Source: Nitrospira sp. UBA6493 (GTDB lineage: Bacteria > Nitrospirota > Nitrospiria > Nitrospirales > Nitrospiraceae). Taken from it: a stretch of DNA of 64,000 nucleotides. Positions 29,125 through 40,077 of this stretch are shown here, one piece after another (positions within the stretch are counted from its first letter, which is position 1; each line of letters opens with the position of its first letter). The notes under the pieces are model-generated. The model saw only the letters and a list, made by a program, of their open reading frames with translations. It was not told the DNA's origin and did no database searches. The stretch lies in the NCBI GenBank assembly GCA_002435325.1, contig DJMJ01000024.1:108338-172337 (forward strand). The letters run 5' to 3'. The translations under genes were made by a program, and so were the position numbers.

Positions 29125-30068
29125 CGCATCCCTCCGGCCATGACCACGCCCAACACACAGGCCATCACCATCATCCGCATCGCCAGAGAAATATCCGAGA
29201 CAACCAACGCCCGTGAGACCTCGCCAATGAGTGGCCGCTCATGAGGCACGCCGTCATAGTAATTGAGTCCTCCTAACTGCACACCGAGGACACCGGCCAA
29301 CGCCGCTTCCGGCCTTCCGCTATTCGGACTGGGATGGTTGCCGCCATCTCGCCAGAATATGCGCCACCCATCGACCATCCGATTCGTCTTCCCTGTCATC
29401 AGTCCGGCTGAAAGCACCAGCAGCACCGCCGTCAGCCTGGCCGGAACCCAATTCGCCATGTCGTCAAGCCGGGCGGAAGCCCATCCAAAATCGAGATGCC
29501 GCTCATCCCGATGGCCGACCATCGAATCCAGTGTATTAACCGCTTTATACGCCAGCGCCAGCGGCGCGCCACCGATGGCCAGATAAAAGAGCGGCGCGAT
29601 CACCCCATCGGCGGTGCTCTCCGCCACCGTTTCCACCGCCGCGCGAACCACGCCGGACTCGGACAGCGGCTCGGTGTCACGCCCGACGATCATCGCCACG
29701 GCCTGTCGGGCAGCGGGAAGATTGCCCTGCTGCAACGCGTCACGCACCGCCCGCACATGATCCCACAAATCCCGTCCTGCGAGTGTGGTGGAAGCCAAGA
29801 CAATAGACACGGCCGTCCCACACCACAGAGATAGACCCGAGGCTACGTCAATCGCCGCATACCCGACCGCATAGACGGCTCCGGGCAAACCAATGGCCAG
29901 CCCGATCCCGGCCAGACGAAGACCAGCCGAACTCTGGCACATCTCTCTGACATGCGCATTGCACCAGGCAATGACAGCCCCCATTCCGCGAACAGGATGC
30001 GGCAGCCATCGGGGATCACCGACAAGCGTATCAAGGCAGGCGGCCAGCAGGAGTTCGCGTCCCGTCAT
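29112..30068 (-). CDS. cbiB: Adenosylcobinamide-phosphate synthase
   Basis: GDPRWLPHPV, IVGRDT, YKAVNTLDSMVG, HPSPNSG. Confidence 0.93.
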   Translation of the reverse strand: MTGRELLLAACLDTLVGDPRWLPHPVRGMGAVIAWCNAHVREMCQSSAGLRLAGIGLAIGLPGAVYAVGYAAIDVASGLSLWCGTAVSIVLASTTLAGRDLWDHVRAVRDALQQGNLPAARQAVAMIVGRDTEPLSESGVVRAAVETVAESTADGVIAPLFYLAIGGAPLALAYKAVNTLDSMVGHRDERHLDFGWASARLDDMANWVPARLTAVLLVLSAGLMTGKTNRMVDGWRIFWRDGGNHPSPNSGRPEAALAGVLGVQLGGLNYYDGVPHERPLIGEVSRALVVSDISLAMRMMVMACVLGVVMAGGMRWLV

Positions 30069-30829
30069 AGGAACCACAGCAGCAACGGCACGAGGAGCAG
30101 AAAGACGATTTCGATGAGTTCATTCGTGGCCCCCAGCGTGTCTCCCGTGATGCCGCCGAACCAATGGCGGCAACCGGCCCATACGGGGGCGAGCAGCGCC
30201 GCCGCGCACAGCAGAACGACAAATGCGCTCTGCACGCCAAACGCCAGGCCCAGCCCGACGGAAAGCACCGCCGTCGAAATCAGCACTTGGAGGGACGACA
30301 GGTGCGTAAGAAATGGGGCAGCCAAGCCTCCCTCCGCCCGTGCATAGGGAGAGACCCAAGCCAGGGTCACCATCGCCCACCGTCCAACCGCCGGCATACA
30401 GAGCAGGGCGGGCAGCCTGAGCGCCTGTGGCAAGGCCATCAGCCCGGCATAACGCAACAGCAAGGAGAGAAACAGTCCCGTAGCGCCAACCGCGCCGATG
30501 CGCGGATCGCGCATGATCGGCAGCCGCTCCGCCGGCGTCCGGCCGCCGGCCAATCCATCCAGCGTGTCCGCCAACCCATCCTGATGCAACCCGCGCGTCA
30601 CCAGCACCAGCAGTATGATCAACAGCGCATTCACTACGGTGGGAGCAAAGAGGTGCGCCAGTGCCATATCAGCAAGAGCAAGTCCCCCGCCGATCATCAT
30701 CCCAATGAGAGGATACCAGGCCATCGACGCCGCCAATTCCGAGGCGGTCGGTTCATGATACGCCCGGCTCAACGGAATGGCTGTCAAAAAATGCCACGCA
30801 AAAACGAATGGACGGGCAACCACTCCCAT
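30065..30829 (-). CDS. cobS: Cobalamin synthase
   Basis: FLTAIP, GLHQDGLADTLDG, IMRDPRIG, GGITGDTLGA. Confidence 0.93.
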   Translation of the reverse strand: MGVVARPFVFAWHFLTAIPLSRAYHEPTASELAASMAWYPLIGMMIGGGLALADMALAHLFAPTVVNALLIILLVLVTRGLHQDGLADTLDGLAGGRTPAERLPIMRDPRIGAVGATGLFLSLLLRYAGLMALPQALRLPALLCMPAVGRWAMVTLAWVSPYARAEGGLAAPFLTHLSSLQVLISTAVLSVGLGLAFGVQSAFVVLLCAAALLAPVWAGCRHWFGGITGDTLGATNELIEIVFLLLVPLLLWFL

Positions 30830-30832
30830 ATC

Positions 30833-31885
30833 CTAGGCTTTCTCCGCCACCCCGGCTTCATCAAATGTCGCCATCTCATTGTAGATCTTGATCGCGGCGC
30901 ACACGAGACTCATGCCCAGACAAGCGCCCGTGCCCTCTCCAAGGCGCAAATCCAGATCCAGGAGCGGCTTGGCCCCCACATGATCCAAGATAGCTTGATG
31001 CCCGCGCTCAACCGAGCGATGCGAGGCAATGAGATACTCCCGGCACCGGGGCTGGAGACCAACCGCGATCAATGCCGCAGCTCCGGCAATAAACCCATCC
31101 AAGACCACCGGCACTCGAGCCGCCGCCGCGCCGAGGATCAAACCGGCAAGCCCCCCGATTTCCAGCCCGCCCACTTTGGCCAAGACGTCGAGCGCGTCGG
31201 TTCGATCGGGACGGTGCAGATCCAGCGCGTGCTGGATCACGGTCACCTTCCGCGCATGTCCCGCCTCGTCGATGCCCGTCCCTCGCCCGGTGACCTCCGC
31301 CACAAGCCGACCGGTCATCACCGCGGTAATCGCGGCGCTCGGCGTCGTATTCCCGATCCCCATATCACCAGTGCCGATGAGACCGACCCCTTCCCTAGCG
31401 GCCTGCGTGGCGAGTTCCACGCCGACTAAGACAGACTGCTCCGCTTGCGCACGCGTCATGGCCGGTTCGGCCAGCAAGTTGCGCGTCCCCCTCATCACTT
31501 TCTTCGCGATCAGTCCCGGCACCGCCCCAAACTCATGATCGACACCGATATCCACCACGCGGACATCCACACCGGCATGCCGAGCCAACACATTCACCCC
31601 TGCCCCGCCGCGCAAAAAGTTCAACACCATCTGCGGGGTCACTTCACGAGGATAGGCGCTGACGCCCTCTTTGGTCACTCCATGATCCGCCGCAAATGTG
31701 AACACGGCGCCGCGCGGCACCGGTGGTTTCAGCTCGCCCGTGATCATCACATAGCGCGCCGCCATTTCCTCAAGCCGCCCCAGACTTCCCAACGGCTTGG
31801 TTAACCGATCCAGCCGCGCTTGCGCCTTCACCAGCACATTCGGGTCAAGCGGCTGAATGCAGTCGCACACATCCTGTAATGACAT
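30833..31885 (-). CDS. cobT: Nicotinate-nucleotide:DMB phosphoribosyltransferase
   Basis: [34 protein letters not shown]. Confidence 0.95.
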   Translation of the reverse strand: MSLQDVCDCIQPLDPNVLVKAQARLDRLTKPLGSLGRLEEMAARYVMITGELKPPVPRGAVFTFAADHGVTKEGVSAYPREVTPQMVLNFLRGGAGVNVLARHAGVDVRVVDIGVDHEFGAVPGLIAKKVMRGTRNLLAEPAMTRAQAEQSVLVGVELATQAAREGVGLIGTGDMGIGNTTPSAAITAVMTGRLVAEVTGRGTGIDEAGHARKVTVIQHALDLHRPDRTDALDVLAKVGGLEIGGLAGLILGAAAARVPVVLDGFIAGAAALIAVGLQPRCREYLIASHRSVERGHQAILDHVGAKPLLDLDLRLGEGTGACLGMSLVCAAIKIYNEMATFDEAGVAEKA

Positions 31886-31899
31886 GGCCGTCTCCTTGT

Positions 31900-32460
31900 T
31901 CACTTGATGCGCAGCGGGATTCCGCTGACGACCAGATGCACTTCGTCCGCTGCGGCCGCAATCTGCTGGTTCACCCGTCCGGCCACATCACGAAACGCAC
32001 GCGCCGATGGCTCCGCCGGCACCAGCCCCAGGCCTAACTCGTTACTGACAATCACCACTCTGGCCGAGGTCTTTCGGATCGCCTTGAGGAGTGCGGTGAC
32101 GCGCTTCGTGACAGCTGACTCCGATGTACCAGAGCCGGTCAAATTGCTGAGCCACAGGGTCACGCAATCCAGGAGGATCGTCCGGTAGCGAGCACCCTCC
32201 TGAGAAAACCAGGACGCCAGTTCACGCGGCACTTCCGCCGTTTCCCAATCGGACGATCGCGTGGCTTGATGCCGGGCAATGCGCGCAGCCATCTCGTCAT
32301 CAAGTCCTTGCCCCGTCGCCACAAACGCTTTCGGCGTTTGCTCTCCAGCGAGGGTGAGCGCCACGTCGCTTTTCCCTGAGGCCGCCCCGCCCAGGACGAA
32401 GATAATCTGCGCGGGCACCTTCGCCAGCGTTGCTCGTTTACTTGGCTTTGCCTGCGCCAT
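31900..32460 (-). CDS. cobU: Adenosylcobinamide kinase / guanylyltransferase
   Basis: [34 protein letters not shown]. Confidence 0.93.
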   Translation of the reverse strand: MAQAKPSKRATLAKVPAQIIFVLGGAASGKSDVALTLAGEQTPKAFVATGQGLDDEMAARIARHQATRSSDWETAEVPRELASWFSQEGARYRTILLDCVTLWLSNLTGSGTSESAVTKRVTALLKAIRKTSARVVIVSNELGLGLVPAEPSARAFRDVAGRVNQQIAAAADEVHLVVSGIPLRIK

Positions 32461-33034
32461 CCCGCTCCCAGAGAAATTCCGGTTCGCCCTGTGTTTTCGC
32501 CACCCACCGAGCCAACACGAACAAGGCATCGCTCAGCCGATTCACAAATTTGATGATGGTTGAGTCAACCGGCTCGACCTTCCCCAGCGCGACACAGAGC
32601 CGCTCCGCACGGCGGCATACGGTCCTGGCTTGATGGAGAAAGCCGGATACCTTTCCGCCTCCTGGCAGGATAAACTCCTTGAGCGGCGCCAGATCTTTCT
32701 GGCACCGATCGATCAGCTTTTCCAATCTCGTGACATCCGCCGCCGTCACCTGCGGCATATTCTTGAACGTCTGCCCCGGTGCCGTCGCCAGCAGGCTTCC
32801 GACGTCGAACAGTTTGTTCTGCACCCAGCGCAATTCCTCTTCCAGGATCGCCGCCGCCGAATATTCATCGAGCACATCGGCATTCATCACTCGTACCACC
32901 CCGACCGACGCATTGAGCTCATCGATCGTCCCATAGGCTTCGACGCGCAGGCTGTCTTTCCAGACCTGCTGCCCGCCGGCCAATCTGGTTTTTCCCGCGT
33001 CACCCGTTCTGGTATAGACCTTGGTAATGCGCAT
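32438..33034 (-). CDS. pduO: PduO-type corrinoid adenosyltransferase
   Basis: KVYTRTGDAGKT, YGTIDELN, ARTVCRRAER, NRLSD. Confidence 0.92.
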   Translation of the reverse strand: MRITKVYTRTGDAGKTRLAGGQQVWKDSLRVEAYGTIDELNASVGVVRVMNADVLDEYSAAAILEEELRWVQNKLFDVGSLLATAPGQTFKNMPQVTAADVTRLEKLIDRCQKDLAPLKEFILPGGGKVSGFLHQARTVCRRAERLCVALGKVEPVDSTIIKFVNRLSDALFVLARWVAKTQGEPEFLWERDGAGKAK

Positions 33035-33717
33035 CACCGCCTCCCCTCGTGTCCGACTGCGACATTGCCCCACGATTCATAATGAATGAGGGATTCCACC
33101 GGAAGCCGTTCCCGCCATCCGGCTGTTTCCAAATCCGGTTTGGCGGCAAAATCCGACACGTACCCGAGACAGAGATAGGCCAGCACTTTGACCGGCTTGG
33201 GCACGCCGAGCACCCGCTTCAACGCGCCGTGATCCAGAATGCTGACCCATCCGACGCCGATCCCCTCGGCGCGCGCGGCCAGCCAGAGATTTTGAATGGC
33301 GCAGCAGGTGCTGTACAAATCCGTATCACGCACGGTCGAACGGCCCAGCACGTGAGGGCCTCCCCGCTGCCGGCTGCAGGTCACCCCGATATTGATCGGC
33401 GCTTCTTCGATTCCTTCCAGCTTCAAACTTCTGTAGAGCGCGGCACGCTCCCCCTCATAACAGGCCGCCGCCTTCTCATTGGCCTGCCGGAATAACGCTT
33501 TCACCGCGCCCTTGGTCGTGCGATCGCGCGCCACCACAAAATCCCAAGGCTGCATGAACCCCACCGACCCGGCATGGTGAGCTGCGGTCAACACACGCGT
33601 CAAGACCTGGTCTGGAATCGGCGCCGGCAGAAAATTCCGGCGAACATCGCGCCGCTCGAAGATCGCCCGATACACAACCTCCCGCTCCACGTCTGAAAAT
33701 TGCCTATCGTCAGACAT
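33034..33717 (-). CDS. bluB: 5,6-dimethylbenzimidazole synthase
   Basis: RRDVRRNF, SVGFMQPW, LKLEGIEEA, QNLWLAARAEGIGVGWVS. Confidence 0.93.
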   Translation of the reverse strand: MSDDRQFSDVEREVVYRAIFERRDVRRNFLPAPIPDQVLTRVLTAAHHAGSVGFMQPWDFVVARDRTTKGAVKALFRQANEKAAACYEGERAALYRSLKLEGIEEAPINIGVTCSRQRGGPHVLGRSTVRDTDLYSTCCAIQNLWLAARAEGIGVGWVSILDHGALKRVLGVPKPVKVLAYLCLGYVSDFAAKPDLETAGWRERLPVESLIHYESWGNVAVGHEGRR

Positions 33718-33731
33718 TGCCGGCCTTGCTC

Positions 33732-33947
33732 CTATCTTGTTCGCTCGTGATGCGGCACGGATTGCGGCCCCAACTCACCGGTTGCGACCTTCTCCAAACA
33801 ACCGGGACAGAGACAATCCTTATACCGTGCGGCAATCCAATCCATGTGAGACTCCGTGATCCCGATCTTCCCGCACCAGCATTGATACCCTCCGCACGAA
33901 AACGATTGCCCACAGTGCTCGCACGTCTTGGTTACAGGACATCTCAT
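33732..33947 (-). CDS. Small cysteine-rich CWC family protein
   Basis: CEHCGQSFSC...CWC...CLCPGCL; located in the B12 operon. Confidence 0.8.
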   Translation of the reverse strand: MRCPVTKTCEHCGQSFSCGGYQCWCGKIGITESHMDWIAARYKDCLCPGCLEKVATGELGPQSVPHHERTR

Positions 33948-33986
33948 CGTACGCCCCACCTCACGCTTCAGAACTCCTCAGGGTGC

Positions 33987-34586
33987 TCAGAATTCAACCC
34001 CCGGCTGCGCCTTGATCCCTTTGCGAAAGGGATGTTTGACCTGCTTCATCTCCGTCACTAGATCGGCTTCCTCGATCAAGGCGTCCTTGGCCCCGCGACC
34101 GGTGATCACCACATGCTGCATGGGAGGACGAGTCCGCAGTACCGGAAGCACCTCGCCGAGTGACACATAGTCATGATGCAGGGCGATATTGAATTCATCG
34201 AGGATCACCATCGCATAGGAGGGATCGCGGAGAAACTCGCACACCTTCGCCCAGGCCTGTTGGGCATGCTGCGTATCACGTTCACGATTCTGCGTTTCCC
34301 AGGTATATCCCTCGCCCATCCGCAAAAATGTCACCCGATCCCCAAACGACTTCAGCATCCGCTCTTCCGCCGTATCGATGGCGCCCTTGATAAACTGCAC
34401 TACCGCCACCTTCTGGCCATGCCCGACACAGCGCAGCGCCATCCCCAGCGCGGCCGTCGTCTTACCCTTGCCGGCCCCGGTGTATACGATCAAGAGCCCC
34501 TTCTCCTCTTGTGCCGCCTCAATGCGGCGATCCACCGACGCCTTCAGCCGTTCCATCCTCGCTTTATGCTCATCCTGCTCCGTCAC
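33987..34586 (-). CDS. cobO: Cob(I)yrinic acid a,c-diamide adenosyltransferase (CobO/BtuR)
   Basis: YTGAGKGKTTAA, VQFIKG, ILDE, ITGR, KHPFRKG. Confidence 0.94.
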   Translation of the reverse strand: MTEQDEHKARMERLKASVDRRIEAAQEEKGLLIVYTGAGKGKTTAALGMALRCVGHGQKVAVVQFIKGAIDTAEERMLKSFGDRVTFLRMGEGYTWETQNRERDTQHAQQAWAKVCEFLRDPSYAMVILDEFNIALHHDYVSLGEVLPVLRTRPPMQHVVITGRGAKDALIEEADLVTEMKQVKHPFRKGIKAQPGVEF

Positions 34587-34683
34587 TTCACGCCTCCCCC
34601 GACAGCAAATCCCCTATTACGATTCTTTTACCGGCACCGGTGTGCCTGCGAGCGACAATGCGTGAGGGACCTCCCCTGCCCCT

Positions 34684-36666
34684 CTATCTTGCATCGTAAT
34701 TCACCCTCACCCCTGCAAATATCGATCGTATAGGAGTGCCATAGAAACGAACCTCTTCGTACTTCTCGTTAAAAATGTTGTCAGCCCGTAAATAGGTTTG
34801 CACCCGCTTCGTCACATCGTAAGTCGCGGAGAGATTCCACACATCGAATGCGCGCATGGATTGTTGATTATTGACATCGTCAAACCGCGACCCTACATAG
34901 CGGCCTTCCAAATTCACACGGACCGGTTCGACCGGCTGATAACTGACGAGCATGCTCCACTGATCCACCGGCATGCGGGGGGATCGCTTGCCGGGATACT
35001 CCTGAAGATTTCTGGTCATCGTATTCGTATATTGCGCCTGAATATCCAAACTCTTGATCCAGGGAGCATCTCTGATCACCGCATATTTGACGCTCGCTTC
35101 CCACCCCTTTGTACCAACCAGACCGATATTCTCCGCGCAATAGCCACCAGCCCCGCAGACCGTAGAAGTCGAAACCGCGGCAATCATGTCGCGGAAGCGA
35201 TTCCAAAAGTATCCCCCACTGAGAGTCAGACGCTTATGCAACAGATACTGGTCTATGCCGACATCCATGCCTTGGCTTCGTTCCGGCTTGAGGTTCGGAT
35301 TACCGTAATTCGGATAAAATAACTGGTTGATCGTGGGCGCACGAAAACCGGTGGCGTAACTCCCCCGCACCTTTGTGTCGGTCTCTCGATGAAGATAGCC
35401 GGCCGTCGTCCGATAGGTCGTGGAACTGCCAAACACATTATAGTCGTCATAGCGGATACCACCAGTGGCAAAGACGCGATCCCACAAATTCAGTTGAGCT
35501 TGAGCAAATCCGGCATGACTGAAAACGGTCTTTGTAGGAAAATCGTAATTGTTCGTAAGCAGGTTCTGATTCTCCCCCTGCTGTTGGCGAAATTGATACC
35601 CCGCGCTGAGGAGCAGGGGCTTCCCAATCTGAAAATTGTGCTGCCACTCGGCGCGATTGGCCACAGTGTTGATCTGCGATCGATAGAGATACGGCGAATT
35701 CACCACCCCGGTTTGTAGATTGCGCTGGGTGGTTCCTGAAAAGGACTCCGAGTCCTCCGTTTGGCGGGACAGCGTTATGGCCTGATTCCACCAAGCCGTG
35801 ATCGGCTGGGCATAGGTGGCGCTGTACACAAATTGCTGGCTGTTGGTAAACGCTCCCAGCGTGTCGAACCCCGGAGAGGACCCATTGTCAAAATTTACCT
35901 TGCCTTGCAACAGGCGAAACGTGACATCGAATCGCCCTTCATGTGGAAGCGCCACACCGAGTCGCGTTGAAGCCTGCCAATTGTGGAACCCGTCTCGCTC
36001 CGTGGCCCCCCGCCGGTAATTGACCGCCGAGAACCCGGTATAATCCCAGCGCGACAGCGCCAGACTATAATCCACGATCCCCGTCTTGCCAGACACTTGT
36101 CCGCCCTCCCGAATGGATGCAAATGACCCGTATTCGAAAAACGCATTCGCCGAGGGCGCCCCGCTGCCTCGCTTCGTCGTAATATTGATCACCCCGCCCA
36201 TGGCATCCGCTCCCCACAACATGCTCTGGGCGCCACGAAGAATTTCGATGCGCTCGATGTTGTCGGTCGTCAGATTCGCAAAATCAAAACTTCCCAGTGT
36301 CGCGCTATTCATAATCGCACCGTCTATAAGAACGAGTACCTGGTCGGAGTTACTCCCTCGAATACGAACACTCGTACTCGTCCCCGGCCCGCCGTTTGAA
36401 AACACCGTCAATCCCTGGCTCAAGCGAAGGGCCTCAGCCACCGTCTTGATTTGCCGCCGCTTGAGATCGTCTTCGGTAAGCACTTCAACCGCACTCGTCA
36501 CCTGCGCCACCGGAATGGGCGTTTTCGTGGCACTCACGACCACCTCGGGAGTTTCAATAATATCGGCCGGATCGGCCAGAGCCACGTCTTGCGCCGATAC
36601 GGCAGGAGAAGGAAGGAACCAGACAAGAACGCAGACAGACAACGCCCAGCGAAGAAACAACAACAT
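34684..36666 (-). CDS. btuB: TonB-dependent corrinoid receptor
   Basis: Signal peptide, EVVVSAT TonB box, plug IERIEILRGAQSMLWG, NIFNEKY; lies downstream of a B12 riboswitch. Confidence 0.9.
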   Translation of the reverse strand: MLLFLRWALSVCVLVWFLPSPAVSAQDVALADPADIIETPEVVVSATKTPIPVAQVTSAVEVLTEDDLKRRQIKTVAEALRLSQGLTVFSNGGPGTSTSVRIRGSNSDQVLVLIDGAIMNSATLGSFDFANLTTDNIERIEILRGAQSMLWGADAMGGVINITTKRGSGAPSANAFFEYGSFASIREGGQVSGKTGIVDYSLALSRWDYTGFSAVNYRRGATERDGFHNWQASTRLGVALPHEGRFDVTFRLLQGKVNFDNGSSPGFDTLGAFTNSQQFVYSATYAQPITAWWNQAITLSRQTEDSESFSGTTQRNLQTGVVNSPYLYRSQINTVANRAEWQHNFQIGKPLLLSAGYQFRQQQGENQNLLTNNYDFPTKTVFSHAGFAQAQLNLWDRVFATGGIRYDDYNVFGSSTTYRTTAGYLHRETDTKVRGSYATGFRAPTINQLFYPNYGNPNLKPERSQGMDVGIDQYLLHKRLTLSGGYFWNRFRDMIAAVSTSTVCGAGGYCAENIGLVGTKGWEASVKYAVIRDAPWIKSLDIQAQYTNTMTRNLQEYPGKRSPRMPVDQWSMLVSYQPVEPVRVNLEGRYVGSRFDDVNNQQSMRAFDVWNLSATYDVTKRVQTYLRADNIFNEKYEEVRFYGTPIRSIFAGVRVNYDAR

Positions 36667-36709
36667 GACAAAACTCCCTTGTGCTCGAAGGGTTCAGTCG
36701 AATCAACTG

Positions 36710-36880
36710 CGGGCTGGGTCTCCTGACTTGCGGATCGTCGTGTCTCTGCGCCTTCCCATACGCCGAAGCGCACAGTGGCATGCTGCAGAGTTACTCCCCG
36801 CTGACAGTGGCGGCACCGTGATGGATTTGCACCATCTTCCCCGTCCCCCGCGTCGTTTCTACAAAACGCCCTTTCACGCT
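36710..36880 (-). promoter_or_regulatory. Cobalamin riboswitch upstream of btuB
   Basis: Minus strand GGGAAgatGGTGcAAaTCC..CGGTGCCGCCACTGT...GCCACTG...TGGGAAGG...AAGTCAGGAGACC. Confidence 0.9.
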
Positions 36881-36956
36881 GAAATAATCGTCCCCCCTCA
36901 TCCACACCCGCACGGCCGGGGACTTGGCCGTGAGGATTGATCTATTTCCCGGCGGA

Positions 36957-37814
36957 CTAGCCAGGCATCGTCACACGCGGCCGGCCGGTCTGCGGATGGG
37001 CATCGACCACGACCTCGCAGCCATAGACCATCCGCAGCACATCCGGCTTGATCGTATCTTCTGGCGCCCCCATCCGGCAGAGCTGCCCGTCTTTCAACAT
37101 CAGTACGCGATCGCACACTTGGCTCGCCACATTCAGGTCATGGGAGACCAGAACCACAGTCAATTGCCGCTCCGCTTTGAGGCGGCCGATGAGCGCACAG
37201 ATTTCGATCTGATGATTGATGTCGAGAAACGCCATCGGTTCATCGAGCAAGAGAATTGCCGGTTCCTGAGCGAGGGCTCGCGCAATCACGACCCGTTGCC
37301 GCTCTCCACCGGAAAGATCCGACATCAACCGGTCGGCCAGAGGCACGACGTCGGTTTCAATCATGGCTTGTTGCACATAGGACAAATCCTGTTCCGTTTC
37401 ATCCCCGATCCCCATGCTCCACCAGGATGCGCGCCGGTGCGGGAACCGTCCCATGAGCACCGTTTCCACGACCGTGAAAGGAAAGACCTGCACATATTCC
37501 TGCGGCACCACCGCCACCGATCGTGCGATCTCTCGCGGATCGAGCCGGCCGATGGAATGCCCGCCGAGCCGAATATCGCCGCAGTGTGGGCGTAACAATC
37601 CGGCCAGCAGCTTCAGAAGGGAGGACTTTCCGGATCCATTGGGACCGACGATCCCTAACACTTCTCCTTTCGGGACTCCGAATGACACCCCCTCAAGCGT
37701 CCACGCCCGCCCCCGTTGGTCGGCACCATACCGAAAGGATACGTTCTCGACGTCCATGGCGTAGCCGATCGAAATCGGTTGAACCGGTGAACCTATTGTC
37801 ATCGACGCAGCCAT
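36957..37814 (-). CDS. btuD: Corrinoid ABC transporter ATPase
   Basis: GPNGSGKS, LSGGERQR, LLLDEP, SHDLN. Confidence 0.9.
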   Translation of the reverse strand: MAASMTIGSPVQPISIGYAMDVENVSFRYGADQRGRAWTLEGVSFGVPKGEVLGIVGPNGSGKSSLLKLLAGLLRPHCGDIRLGGHSIGRLDPREIARSVAVVPQEYVQVFPFTVVETVLMGRFPHRRASWWSMGIGDETEQDLSYVQQAMIETDVVPLADRLMSDLSGGERQRVVIARALAQEPAILLLDEPMAFLDINHQIEICALIGRLKAERQLTVVLVSHDLNVASQVCDRVLMLKDGQLCRMGAPEDTIKPDVLRMVYGCEVVVDAHPQTGRPRVTMPG

Positions 37815-37815
37815 C

Positions 37816-38970
37816 TCACAACATCCGATCTTTTCGCCATAACAGCAGGTACAAGAAGAACGGGCCGCCGATCAGCGCCGTGACAATCCCCACGGGAATC
37901 TCGGCGGGCGCGAACAGCGTCCGCGCGATGGTATCCGCCACGACCAAAAACATCCCCCCCACAAGGACCGAGGCCGGCAACAATAGCCGATGATCCGATC
38001 CCAACAGCAGACGAACCGCATGCGGCACAACCATCCCGACAAACCCTATCATGCCACTGACCGACACCACCGCCCCGGTGAGCAGAGCTGTGAGGACAAA
38101 AAGGTGTTTCTTGGTACGCTCGGTATCGATCCCCAACGAACGGGCAGTCTCCTCTCCCAGCGTCAGCACGTTCAGCGTCTGCGCCTTCTGCATCAAGATC
38201 GCCAACACAAAGACCGCATAGCCCACCAGCACACCCAATGCGGGATACCCCGGCGCGGTTAACGAGCCCATCAGCCAGGCCATGAGACCGGCAGATCGAT
38301 TGGGTTCCATGATGGAGGTGATAAACATAATGAGGGCTGTGAGAATGGCGTTGAGAATCACTCCGGCGAGCAACAGGCTGTGAATCGACAGCCGCCCCTG
38401 CGACTGTGCCAAGCGATAGATCACCACCAGCGTCAGCAGTCCCCCGGCAAATCCGCACAGGGGAAGGATTGGCAGCAACGCCATCATCGTGCCGATCCCT
38501 AAGAGCATCGTAACCGCCGCTCCCAGCGCGGCACCGCTTGAAACGCCGAGCACATAGGGATCGGCCAACGGATTTCTCAGCAACGCTTGCAGCGTGACGC
38601 CCACCGCCGCCAGACTGCCGCCGACAAGAAACCCCATCAGCACACGCGGCAGTCTGACTTGTAAGAGAATCACGCCGGAGGTGCCGATCGAGGCCTGATC
38701 CAATTCCCCGGTCTTCAGGGCATGCAAGAGCGCCTGGAACACATCCCCCAGCGGCGCCGAAGCGGCGCCGAACCGGCTACAGAGCGTCACGACCCCAAGA
38801 CTGGCCAACAGAAGTCCGACAAGGACGAGGCCCCAGCGCCGGCCGGTGAGGATCATCCCTGTACGCTGCCACTTCCCTTTCACGTCCCACCCCACAGCCC
38901 CGTTTGGCTGGGAGACTGGCTCTGGCGACGAGACTGCAAGATGCGCGGGAGTGGCTTGGCCATTTGCCAT
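37816..38970 (-). CDS. btuC: Corrinoid ABC transporter permease (FecCD family)
   Basis: RLPRVL, LRNPLADPYVLGVSSGA, GMIGFVGMVVPH. Confidence 0.9.
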   Translation of the reverse strand: MANGQATPAHLAVSSPEPVSQPNGAVGWDVKGKWQRTGMILTGRRWGLVLVGLLLASLGVVTLCSRFGAASAPLGDVFQALLHALKTGELDQASIGTSGVILLQVRLPRVLMGFLVGGSLAAVGVTLQALLRNPLADPYVLGVSSGAALGAAVTMLLGIGTMMALLPILPLCGFAGGLLTLVVIYRLAQSQGRLSIHSLLLAGVILNAILTALIMFITSIMEPNRSAGLMAWLMGSLTAPGYPALGVLVGYAVFVLAILMQKAQTLNVLTLGEETARSLGIDTERTKKHLFVLTALLTGAVVSVSGMIGFVGMVVPHAVRLLLGSDHRLLLPASVLVGGMFLVVADTIARTLFAPAEIPVGIVTALIGGPFFLYLLLWRKDRML

Positions 38971-38975
38971 GATCT

Positions 38976-39977
38976 TTATGGCCTTTCACCGGTCGAAGAG
39001 GATGACACAGAGGAAGGATGCAATATGTCAACCAACAGTTCCAAGCCCTTTCCGATACGGGGACCAGGCCGATTGAGCAGGTCGGCTGGAATCTGCCGCA
39101 ACCGGCCCTGTTTCACAGCCGTGAGCGTGGTCCACTGCCGCCAGGCTTTCTGTTCACTTTCAGAAATACCCTCGGCCTTGCCGATGGGAAACACCAATAC
39201 TTCCGGGTCCTCTTGCAACACCGCTTCCATACTGAGCCTTGGATAGGGCGTGGCGCTCTTAGCCGCCACATTCACTCCGCCCACAAGACCAATGAGTTGA
39301 TCGATGAAACTGCCAGGCCCGACGGTAATGAGCGGCTGGCTGTTCAAGACATACAGCACCCGCACGGGCGGCTGGCCTTGTGTTCTCACTTTTAGGCGCG
39401 CAATCTCCTGACGCAGATCCATCCCTAGCGCCACAGCTTCCGTGGAGCGATCCAACATGCGCCCCAGCGTCTGGATATGCGAAAAGATATCCTCGACGCT
39501 CCGGTCGGCCAGGATAAAGACCGGGATTTTCAGTTCTTCCAGCTTTCCGAGAAGATCCAGCTTTAGAAATTGCTGCGGGGTAATGATCAGGTCCGGCTGA
39601 AGCGCGACCAGCGATTCCAAATTGGGGTTGGCATACCCAACCTTCGGCTTCTGCGCCGCCTCTGGAGGGAAATCGCAAAACTGCGTCACCCCGACCACCT
39701 GTGAACCAGCACCGATCGCAAACAACGTTTCCGTTACACTCGGGGCCAGCGACACAATCCTGGTCGGCGCCTTGGCCAGATAGATCTTGCGGCCCATGTC
39801 ATCGACAAACGACCTGGACGACACGTGGGCCATAAACGGCATACCAGTGAGAATACCCTGCTGTCGGCGTTTCATATCCGGCATCTCATTATGCGCAAAA
39901 GCACCACCCGCTGGCATCCCATTCACACACAGGAGCAGGACGCAGACTCCGCTGAAAATCGCTTTAAACAGGCCCAA
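38976..39977 (-). CDS. btuF: Cobalamin-binding periplasmic protein (start uncertain)
   Basis: RIVSLAPSVTETLFAIG, VGVTQFCDFP, RPGPRI. Confidence 0.9.
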   Translation of the reverse strand: MGLFKAIFSGVCVLLLCVNGMPAGGAFAHNEMPDMKRRQQGILTGMPFMAHVSSRSFVDDMGRKIYLAKAPTRIVSLAPSVTETLFAIGAGSQVVGVTQFCDFPPEAAQKPKVGYANPNLESLVALQPDLIITPQQFLKLDLLGKLEELKIPVFILADRSVEDIFSHIQTLGRMLDRSTEAVALGMDLRQEIARLKVRTQGQPPVRVLYVLNSQPLITVGPGSFIDQLIGLVGGVNVAAKSATPYPRLSMEAVLQEDPEVLVFPIGKAEGISESEQKAWRQWTTLTAVKQGRLRQIPADLLNRPGPRIGKGLELLVDILHPSSVSSSSTGERP

Positions 39978-40017
39978 AATAAAAAATCCCCAAGGCCTAC
40001 AATAGACCCTGAGGATT
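39976..40017 (-). terminator. Intrinsic terminator (riboswitch expression platform)
   Basis: 14-bp stem AATCCTCAGGGTCT/AGGCCTTGGGGATT (3 G-U pairs) followed by TTTTATTTT. Confidence 0.75.
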
Positions 40018-40077
40018 GCCCCGCTTCTACATCCTCGCCTGTTCCCCAGCCCTCGAGGGAACGATGGTCAACTCTCC

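Noticed and set aside
30164-31429. 421-aa plus-strand ORF and similar long ORFs (45442-46533, 5871-6743, 36086-36940, 61342-62187, 49207-49968)
   Set aside because: Antisense shadows of well-supported genes in GC-rich DNA, with no recognisable motifs.
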